A stretch of DNA of 64,000 nucleotides from Microcoleus sp. (GTDB lineage Bacteria; Cyanobacteriota; Cyanobacteriia; Cyanobacteriales; Microcoleaceae), in the NCBI GenBank assembly GCA_052279835.1, contig CP181291.1, positions 2,624,001 through 2,688,000 of the forward strand. The letters run 5' to 3'. Within the stretch, counting starts at the first letter, position 1. Each line of letters starts with the position of its first letter. Shown here one piece after another: positions 30,075 to 38,258 of the stretch. The notes beneath the pieces are model-generated. The model made no database searches, was not told the DNA's origin, and saw nothing but the letters and a program-made list of their open reading frames with translations. Made by a program: the position numbers and the translations under genes.

Positions 30075-31571
30075 CTATTTCATTAAAGCAGCGCCGCGGT
30101 TGTAAAGTTCCCGCGCGTAATCAGTCCAAGTTCCCTGTCCCCAATAGCGGAAACAGCTTGTTTGCACCAACAAATTGTAAAGCAAAGCTTGTTGATATTC
30201 AAACTGCTTAGTAACTGCTGCATTTTGCTGCACCAACGGGTCGTACTTTTGGTGAAATGCTGCGCTGAGTTGATTCATCGGTTCCAAGACGTTTTCGTAG
30301 CCTTTTACCCAACTCAAATCATTTGTCCAAGAAGCACCATCCATGTGAAAATTATGGTCTGTTTCCTTGAGTTGGGCGATCGCACTTTCCACCTTTTCCG
30401 GTGTCGCACTATCAGCATCGACTAATTGCCAGATTTTGTGCTGGTTAACCCCCTGACAAACAGGATAATCATCAGGATTAACCCCCGCCGCTTCGATTAT
30501 TTCCAAATATTCAGTACCGTTTAAACCGACAACACCGGATTTTCCGCCACCTTGTTCCCGGTTTTCGTGCCAAGCTTTCATAAAAGCACTGGGGAATTCA
30601 TTCATCATCACGCCGCCATTTTCGCCATCAGCAATCTGAGTGACTAAAGAAGGAATTGTAATATTGCCAATTTGCTGTTTGTTGCGTCCTTTTGCTTCGT
30701 AATAAGGCTGCATTTGACCGACCAATTTTGTATCAGAACCTTGGGTTTTAATCAAAGCCGTGATGCTGATGGTTTCGCCGCGAGAATTGCGCGCGATCAA
30801 ACGGTTGGGAATGTATTTTTGGTCTTGGGACAATCCGTAACCATCAATGTTTTCGACAGAATGTTCCTGTACCATCAGCCAGCGGTAGCCGCATTCTTTC
30901 AAAGCTTTGATGTATTCATAAAGCGTGTCAGGATGATTGGGAAAGTGCATTTCTGGGGGCGAAAAACCTTTGACGCGCTTCAGGGCATCTATGCCAAAAA
31001 TGGCTGCAAAATGATGTTGCCATGCTTGAATGTGGAGTTTGATGTCGGGAATGGGAGTCGAAGGAATAACGGCATGACTCCACATTGTCCCCAGCCATTC
31101 TACGTGAGGTTGATATTGTGGATCGCAGGTAATCCGCTTGAGATTATCAAAAATATCGTCACGTCCCATTTGGCGCAATCCCCACAATAAATTGCCCGAA
31201 TAATCGAGCATAATTCGCGGGTTGCAACCTTCAGCAATCAGTTGGGGAATGAATTCTCCCATGCGGGAATAGCACCAAGCAAAGACTCCGGCGTTGTGAT
31301 TGTCTCCTTGGTTGGGATGTTCAAACATATGCTGGAGATTGCAGATTAGTTCGCCGTTTGCACCGGCTGGAATTGTGGGTTGGTGCATATGCAGGGCGCA
31401 GGCGAATCCAGCTTGAATGTTTTCGAGGCGCAGATTTGTGGTAGGTAGAAAGACTGGTTCGTTGCTATTGGCTGCGGCGCTAATTTCTGCTTCATGGCCG
31501 CAAATATTGGGTAATCCTGATTTGATTTCTTCTAAAATGGGTAAATTGGGAGATTGTGCGATCGCAGGCAT
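30075..31571 (-). CDS. glycoside hydrolase family 57-like protein
   Basis: ALHMHQP, GFSPPEM, ADGENGG, TSCFRYWG. Confidence 0.8.
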   Translation of the reverse strand: MPAIAQSPNLPILEEIKSGLPNICGHEAEISAAANSNEPVFLPTTNLRLENIQAGFACALHMHQPTIPAGANGELICNLQHMFEHPNQGDNHNAGVFAWCYSRMGEFIPQLIAEGCNPRIMLDYSGNLLWGLRQMGRDDIFDNLKRITCDPQYQPHVEWLGTMWSHAVIPSTPIPDIKLHIQAWQHHFAAIFGIDALKRVKGFSPPEMHFPNHPDTLYEYIKALKECGYRWLMVQEHSVENIDGYGLSQDQKYIPNRLIARNSRGETISITALIKTQGSDTKLVGQMQPYYEAKGRNKQQIGNITIPSLVTQIADGENGGVMMNEFPSAFMKAWHENREQGGGKSGVVGLNGTEYLEIIEAAGVNPDDYPVCQGVNQHKIWQLVDADSATPEKVESAIAQLKETDHNFHMDGASWTNDLSWVKGYENVLEPMNQLSAAFHQKYDPLVQQNAAVTKQFEYQQALLYNLLVQTSCFRYWGQGTWTDYARELYNRGAALMK

Positions 31572-31711
31572 AAAACTTTCCTCAATATTTGTGGAGCCCA
31601 ACTGTCTGCTATTGCTAAAATAGCGGTAAAATTTAAGGGTAGCAGAATCTGCCTGCCAAAGCATTTATCCTGGATTTTATTCTGTTTTTAACCGATCGCA
31701 AAAATGCTTAA

Positions 31712-32590
31712 ATGTGGAACAGTCTAACTAACCTGCGACTGCTGTCGCCGTCTATACCAGCACTTGTCAAAGTAATGGTTTTTTTCTTAACTTGGACTTG
31801 TCTATGGTTGCCGATCGCCATTATGGTCGCGATCGCCCTGAAATGGCAACCACCCCTACCCTTGGGAAACAAAAAACTACCATTAGTAGCCTCCCTCTAC
31901 CTCCTAGTCCCCTTCATTTTATGGGCGACAACCTGGATAGAAAGCGTGTCCTTTGCCGACTGGGGTTTGTTTTGGCAACCCACAACCTTAATCTCTGCAC
32001 TCCTAGGATTAGGATTAGGGGTAGTCAGTTTAGCCATTTTATTTGGGTTACAATTAACCTGGGGTTGGCTAGAAGTAAAAAGTAGCGAAGTTGAAAGCAA
32101 AACCAGCGAAAAAATCCTTAATCCTTGGGCTTCTATCCTCAATCCTTCTACTCTCCTGATTTTGTTGTTAGCACTGTGGATTAGTGCGACAGAAGAGTTA
32201 ATCTTTCGCGGCTGTTTGCCAAATTTACTGCAACAAGATTACTCAACAATCATAGCAGCAGCGATCACCAGTTTCATTTTCGCGATCGCCCACCTGATCT
32301 GGGCTCCTAAAGAAACCATACCTCAACTTCCTGGGTTGTGGCTGATGGGGATGGTTTTAGCCTTAGCTCGCGCCGTAGATAATGGTAGTTTAGGTATGGC
32401 GATCGGACTCCATGCAGGCTGGATTTGGGGGATAACCATCGTCGATACAGCTCAACTAATTAAGCCTAGCCAAAGGGTTCCTGAATGGATTACAGGAATA
32501 GCCGAAAAACCCCTAGCTGGTGCGGCCGGAATTATGTTATTACTAACAACAGGAACTGTACTATTTCTGATGGAAAAAGGAATCGGCTAG
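31712..32590 (+). CDS. CPBP/CAAX-family intramembrane protease
   Basis: EELIFRG, FAIAH, AIGLHAGW motifs in a multi-TM protein. Confidence 0.88.
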   Translation: MWNSLTNLRLLSPSIPALVKVMVFFLTWTCLWLPIAIMVAIALKWQPPLPLGNKKLPLVASLYLLVPFILWATTWIESVSFADWGLFWQPTTLISALLGLGLGVVSLAILFGLQLTWGWLEVKSSEVESKTSEKILNPWASILNPSTLLILLLALWISATEELIFRGCLPNLLQQDYSTIIAAAITSFIFAIAHLIWAPKETIPQLPGLWLMGMVLALARAVDNGSLGMAIGLHAGWIWGITIVDTAQLIKPSQRVPEWITGIAEKPLAGAAGIMLLLTTGTVLFLMEKGIG

Positions 32591-32737
32591 GATTTATGGC
32601 AAATTTGGTTGGATCGGAATGATTTAACCACAGAGGGCGCCCCCCCCCTGCCCCCCCCAAGGGGGGAAAGAGGAAGAGAAGAGGGAGAAACTGGGTTTTT
32701 GTAAATCTGCTGAAATCTGCGGTTAAATCATTGCACA

Positions 32738-34072
32738 TTAATCTAAAAGGCGATCGATGGTAACTATCGAAACTGGCCGCAAGGAATCGAAACGAGTCAA
32801 ATTTACTCCCTGCAAAGAACGGGATAACTGCACTTGCACAATGCGATAACTCCAGTGGGGTTCCCGACGCACTCGATCGCCCATCCAGCTCAACACAGTA
32901 GCAATATCTTCCAAAACATCCAAAACTAGCACGATGCAACCCCCAGGGAGCAGGCGCAGGGCGCAAACACCCAAAATTTTAGTCAAGGCAGGGCCACTAC
33001 AGCCAATAAAAATTCGGTGCGGAGGACGTAAGCGGTGCAAGATTTCCGGGGCGGTGCCGTGAATCGAGAGCAGATTTTGCAGTCGAAAACGGGTGCAGTT
33101 GAATTCGATCGCAGAGGTACCAGAAACTGTTTGTTCGATCGCATAAACTTGAGACTGGGGGAATAAGCGAGCAATTTCGATGGACACAGCGCCATTCCCA
33201 GCACCCACATCCCAAACCACCTGTTCTCGTTGCAAAGCCAATTGCGCTAATACTAACACCCGCAGTTCGCGTTCCACCGTCAAACCAGGGCGATCGCCAC
33301 AACCAATAAAAGCCCCGTCTGGTATACCCAACAAAGGTAACTTTTCCAAATCCAAAGATGTCGCCTTCGTCGGCGGTTCCCGCAGCATCACCACCACACT
33401 CAGGGGTGCAAAAGACTCTTCCAGCAAAGCTGACAGAGGTCTCGGCCCCACCCGCTCGTTCGTAGACCCCAAATTTTCACAAACCCAAAATTCGTAGCGT
33501 GTAGGCAAATCTAGAGCTTGCACCAAATTTGCGAGTGCAGCCGGAGTGTGAATTTCATCCACTAGCGCCGCAATCTTCTCGACACCGAGTTTAAGTTTTG
33601 CCGTCAATTCCTCAAAATAAAGTCCCTGGGAACCCACAAAGTGTGCATCTTGCCAAGGAATTTTCAAGCGATTAAAAGCCAACTGCACGCAACTGACGTG
33701 GGGGTGAAAAATCAATTTTGCTGCTGGTAATTGAGCAATTAACAACTTTCCCCAGCCGTAAAACAGGGGGTCGCCCGCTACCAAAATTACAATGTGTTGC
33801 TCCGAAGCAGTGGATGGGTGTGAAAAAGTCTCTTCATCTGGCTCTATATTCGCATTTAATGCCAGCCAGCGCCGAATTTCGAGAATTACGGTGTTTAAAT
33901 CTTGTAACACCCAGCGCTCGCAGGATTCCTGGGAAAAATAACTTAAATGGCGATCGCTCCCTACTAGCAGAGCGGCCATTTCTATAACCTGCCGTGCCGA
34001 TGCACTCAGCCCAGCAGCTCCATCTAAACCGATACCAACTACGTGTACTGTCACTTTTTCAGCAAAAATCAA
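32738..34072 (-). CDS. cbiET: precorrin-6Y methyltransferase, CbiE-CbiT fusion
   Basis: VVGIG, GSDRHL, AGDPLFYG, CENLG, WDVGAGNGAVSIE. Confidence 0.85.
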   Translation of the reverse strand: MIFAEKVTVHVVGIGLDGAAGLSASARQVIEMAALLVGSDRHLSYFSQESCERWVLQDLNTVILEIRRWLALNANIEPDEETFSHPSTASEQHIVILVAGDPLFYGWGKLLIAQLPAAKLIFHPHVSCVQLAFNRLKIPWQDAHFVGSQGLYFEELTAKLKLGVEKIAALVDEIHTPAALANLVQALDLPTRYEFWVCENLGSTNERVGPRPLSALLEESFAPLSVVVMLREPPTKATSLDLEKLPLLGIPDGAFIGCGDRPGLTVERELRVLVLAQLALQREQVVWDVGAGNGAVSIEIARLFPQSQVYAIEQTVSGTSAIEFNCTRFRLQNLLSIHGTAPEILHRLRPPHRIFIGCSGPALTKILGVCALRLLPGGCIVLVLDVLEDIATVLSWMGDRVRREPHWSYRIVQVQLSRSLQGVNLTRFDSLRPVSIVTIDRLLD

Positions 34073-34187
34073 AAAACTAGACTAGCTAATTTTTATTGAG
34101 TAATTATATTTTTGTACGGGAATTTGTTACCAAGCCAAAATAATGGGAGAGGGGGAAAATCAACCCTCTCCCTTCCTTCCCCATTGG

Positions 34188-34973
34188 TTAAAATTCAAAA
34201 ACAGGCCAGTCTGGTTCCCGATAATAGCGATTCATGTCGTCAAACTTCCGCAGTTCGGCTCGGTGTACGGATAGTTCTTGCGGCGTATCCAGCCATCGAT
34301 CGTTTAACTCCGACAGCAAAGCACAGAGGCGATCGCGGTCTAGGTTGGGTCCGGTGTCCCCGAAATAACCTAGGGTAATGTGTGCTGTAAAGTGATATTG
34401 CTGTTCAATTCCCAAACCAATTAAATCGGGATTTTGATAGATCGATCGACGCAACTCTAGAATTTGCTTGTAAGAGTTTTCGTCCGTCGGTGCCATACAC
34501 ACACCTACAGCTCTCGTCATCACCATAAAACCCAGCACTATCCAGCGAATGGGAGTACCGCCAGCCTGGACTGGTTTTGAGGTTGCAAAACCATCGGCCA
34601 TGCGCGATCGTAGTTGCGCCTCAAATTCAGGATTTTTATCGGAGGCATCTTGAAAAGCACTGCTCCAAATCAAATCTGCCACCGTTACATGGAAGCTATC
34701 GGGAGGTAGTGGGATCAAGGAACCCGGATGAAGTTCCTGCAATAGCCGTTGTTGACAAGAGTGCAAGTTCTCATAGAGTGCTGCATTTTCTCCATCTTCC
34801 CCGGCCGGTGGCGTAATCACCGAATAGCCGGGAAAAGGCACTGCAACTTTCACACCAGTTTCGTCCAATTTAAACTTGGGAGATTCCTGGATGTGCTCTA
34901 CTTGGGACTTGTAGGAGTCCAGCAGCGTCAGTCGCGCTACCCTATTTACATAAGCTTGATAAGTATCGTCCAA
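34188..34973 (-). CDS. 2H phosphoesterase (DUF1868-like)
   Basis: PFPGYSVI and two HxT motifs (FHVTV, AHITL). Confidence 0.8.
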   Translation of the reverse strand: MDDTYQAYVNRVARLTLLDSYKSQVEHIQESPKFKLDETGVKVAVPFPGYSVITPPAGEDGENAALYENLHSCQQRLLQELHPGSLIPLPPDSFHVTVADLIWSSAFQDASDKNPEFEAQLRSRMADGFATSKPVQAGGTPIRWIVLGFMVMTRAVGVCMAPTDENSYKQILELRRSIYQNPDLIGLGIEQQYHFTAHITLGYFGDTGPNLDRDRLCALLSELNDRWLDTPQELSVHRAELRKFDDMNRYYREPDWPVFEF

Positions 34974-34996
34974 TCTCTATTTCCTCGTGCTAATTA

Positions 34997-35213
34997 TTGA
35001 CACTATCCGGCGTGAACGCGCGGGAATTCTTCAGGAACTACTAAATTGCAATTCTTAAAGGCATTCTCTAACTACCCCTATACGTTCAAAACCACTGACT
35101 TGCGTCATGGCAATTACGCTTACTTTTAGTACAGTTAGAGATGCTTTCGTTCGCACTTTTCAACACTAGCCAGTCCGGTACGCTCAACATATAGAATCTT
35201 TAACTATTCGCAA
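34997..35213 (-). mobile_element. non-autonomous IS200/IS605-family remnant (tnpB 3' end / right end, omegaRNA-like)
   Basis: Minus strand ends ...GGTTTTGAACGTATAGGGGTAGTTAGAGAAT...GAAGAATTCCCGCGCGTTCACGCCGGATAGTGTCAA: subterminal hairpin plus TCAA, as in cyanobacterial IS605 right ends; no ORF. Confidence 0.65.
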
Positions 35214-35258
35214 TAAACTTAGTATAATACACCATTATTCGGTGCCTTTGTGCTAGAA

Positions 35259-36236
35259 ATGCAAATTTACCTTTTTTGGGGAGAAGACGATTTTGCAATG
35301 GGGCAAGCTGTGACAAGTTTACGCCAAAGTACCGTCGATCCCAACTGGGCGAGTTTTAACTATGACAAGATTATGGCCGATCGCGCCGAGGCTGTGGTCG
35401 AAGGACTCGATCGAGCTTTGACTCCTCCCTTTGGTACTGGTAGCCGTTTTGTCTGGCTGGCTAATACCACTGTCACCCAACAATGTTCTCCAGAACTTTT
35501 AGCCCAATTGGAACGGACTCTCCCAGTGATTCCCGACTCCAGCGTACTGCTGCTGACATCGGCAAAAAAACCCGATAGTCGGCTCAAGTCCACCAAGTTA
35601 CTCGTCAAGTCCGCCCAAGTGCGAGAATTTTCGCCGATTCCGCCTTGGAATGACAAAGAATTAGCTCAGCGGGTGCGTCAAGTCGCCGCCGAAATGGGAG
35701 TCAAGTTGACTACCACGGCGATCGAATTTTTGGCAGAATCTATCGGTAGCGATACTCGATTGCTCTACAGCGAACTCGAAAAATTGCTACTGTTTGCGGG
35801 AAACCGCAGTCAACCTCTGACACCGGATGAGGTGGCAGCATTGGTCAACTGTCACGCCCAGAATACATTCCAGCTAGCGGATGCAATTCGCCAAGGACAT
35901 ACCGAGGAAGCTTTAGATTTATTGGCCGGTTTAACCGGCCGCAACGAACCTGGATTAAGGATTGTGGCGGGCTTGACCAGTAAGTTTCGCCTTTGGCTTT
36001 GGGTCAAGGTCATGATGGCAGCGGGCGATCGGGACGATCTAATTGCTCAAGCTCTAGACTTGGGAAATCCCAAACGAGTATACTATTTTCGCCAAGAAGT
36101 CAAGAACGCCAGCTTAGAAAAACTACAAAAAACTTTACCTTTATTGCTAGAGTTGGAAGCCTCTTTAAAGCGAGGGCAAGAAGAAAAATCAACCCTGCAA
36201 ACCAAAGTTATAGAACTTTCTAGCTTGTTTCGCTAA
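35259..36236 (+). CDS. holA: DNA polymerase III delta subunit
   Basis: YLFWGEDDF, LTPPFG.G.R.V, KPDSRLK, ELEKL, LLELEASLKRG. Confidence 0.9.
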   Translation: MQIYLFWGEDDFAMGQAVTSLRQSTVDPNWASFNYDKIMADRAEAVVEGLDRALTPPFGTGSRFVWLANTTVTQQCSPELLAQLERTLPVIPDSSVLLLTSAKKPDSRLKSTKLLVKSAQVREFSPIPPWNDKELAQRVRQVAAEMGVKLTTTAIEFLAESIGSDTRLLYSELEKLLLFAGNRSQPLTPDEVAALVNCHAQNTFQLADAIRQGHTEEALDLLAGLTGRNEPGLRIVAGLTSKFRLWLWVKVMMAAGDRDDLIAQALDLGNPKRVYYFRQEVKNASLEKLQKTLPLLLELEASLKRGQEEKSTLQTKVIELSSLFR

Positions 36237-36257
36237 CTGGCAAAAAATTAATTGTTA

Positions 36258-36613
36258 TAAGCCTAAGTTTCGGATACAAAGTGAATTCCAAAAAGCTCCG
36301 TATAAACCTTGTATCCACATCCAAATATTCATGGTAATTTTAGTGCATCTTTTCCACGAAAAACAGTATCCATTGAAACTTTTTAGCTACAGAAGTCAAG
36401 CTTTTATCTTAAATCTTCCTTCAGGCGTAGATAATATTACTAGGTAAAATTTAATTTCGTTCTCTGGATGCCACTCTCTTCAGTAAATTTTATGATTGTG
36501 GTGAGCTTTGATACTGTGATAATGTTTGGAAATAATCTCAGCAAACAAGTTTTAAATCAGCTCCGGCGCTACTGCCACATTCTTAGGATAAGGCAATAAA
36601 GAGGACAAGCATC
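36258..36613 (+). repeat. cassette leader copy 3 (segments A+C, mosaic)
   Basis: Inverted homolog of 25795-25885, 29712-29932 and 27001-27250. Confidence 0.88.
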
Positions 36614-37188
36614 ATGACCATAGGAGAATCAAGTGACAAAAATGCCGTTGAAGTAGATGGCATCCGGTTTGAAACAATCCTGTCAGACCGTCTGTGGACT
36701 GTCCCGATAAAAAGAACTAAGCAAGACGATCATACATCTGTAGTGTTAGGTTTTTCCATCACTAACAATACTTCAACTCCCTATTATTTTAGTGGTTTCC
36801 AATTTGTTCCAGAAATTATAACATCAGATGGTCAAAATATTAATCCTGGTTATCAGGCAGATGGAGTAGGAGTACGTGACGCATCCGATCTTCACTTAAC
36901 TATGCCGGGGAAGTCTGTAACTTGTTCTCAAACCGCTCAGTGTTATTGGGAGCGAAGACATCCAAAAAAAAGAAAGCAGGATAGAGATTTAAGGCTTTTT
37001 ATGCCTTTTACCAACCGTGAACATTGGAAATTTCATCTACATCTACGGGTAATTATTCGATTAGATTCAAATACGAAGTAACTAATGAGGAAGTAAACTG
37101 CTATGACGAGTTAATAGATAAACAGTGCTTAAAAATGGTATGGATGGGTCAAGTTTTTACCCCTTTCATAGAGTTTTGCATAGTGTAA
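36614..37188 (+). pseudogene. 'VEVDG' domain partner with a frameshift near 37040 (cassette IV)
   Basis: ORF stops at 37081, but another frame continues STGNYSIRFKYE...VWMGQVFTPFIEFCIV* (TAA 37186-37188), matching paralog C-termini. Confidence 0.8.
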
Positions 37189-37278
37189 CCAGTAACCAAA
37201 AAGTAAAAATGAATCTAATTAAGGATTTACGCCTGATAATTAGCACTTCGTATAAACATAACTGATTGAGGATACATA

Positions 37279-38258
37279 ATGGAGACAACACAAACGATCG
37301 TAATGTTTTTAGCAACACCCTTATTAGTTACATTCATGAGTCAAGAGGCTATGGGTTTCAGCCTGAGTTTTGTAGCAAAAGGAGCGCGAGATTTATACCT
37401 TCCAACTCAGTCTGTCACTTATATGCAAGGGAATGAAGAAATAACTATCAACACCAGACTGGAGCCATATAAAATAACAGAAATGCCACATGGCGGGACG
37501 ATAACTTTGCAAAATCTGTTAGAGGCTTATAGGATATCAGCTTATAATAATTCCGGTCGTACACAGATTTGGAATTTTACTAAAGCGGATAAAGACTTAA
37601 GAGGAAATGTAGAAGTATTAAACTATTATGCTTGTACTTTCAATATTCCCTGTAAATATCCAAATCTACCAAATGTAACAACACCTAATCCACCTGTTTC
37701 AACCGGAGTGGGAGCTGGGATTGAGTTGAATTACCGGCGAGGTAGAGGTGATACAACACGAGACCTTCATTGGATTCAGTGGGTAAACACTAACCACCCG
37801 GCTCATGTGAAGCAACATGACAATAAAGTGTCAAAATACCTTGACAATGTAGGCCGTGAAAACACCCCTTTCTATCCAGGAAGTACCGAAAGATTGGCAG
37901 ACAGAAGCTATAGAGAAGATCCCCTAAACGAGCATTAACAGAAAACGATGAAAATAACGCAGATATAGGAAGCATTAGTGCCGATTTACTTCAAGACCAA
38001 GAACTATCTTCAGAGGATAACAATTCTAACCAAGTAGATTTAGCAGGAATCAGCGCCGACTTACTGGAAGACCCAGAACTATCGTATCTTGACGATACTC
38101 TCACCGCAACAACTCCAAAAGTCTCAGCTCAAAATACCGACGATGATGCACTCTCGGCAGAAGCCGTTCCCGAACCAACCACCGGATTAGGCACTTTATT
38201 AGCTCTAGCTATATTGCCTGTAATTAAAAGACTCACAAACCGGAAAAACAAAGAGTAA
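37279..38258 (+). pseudogene. PEP-CTERM gene with out-of-frame internal deletion at ~37937 (cassette IV)
   Basis: N-domain 37279-37938; frame 37938-38258 reads TENDENNADIGSISADLL...AEAVPEPTTGLGTLLALAILPVIKRLTNRKNKE*, whose TAA overlaps the next ATG (TAATG). Confidence 0.88.

Noticed and set aside
29950..36250. A site-specific recombinase for the proposed inversion
   Set aside because: All ORFs in the interval are recognisable non-recombinase genes, and no tyrosine or serine recombinase motif was seen in the window
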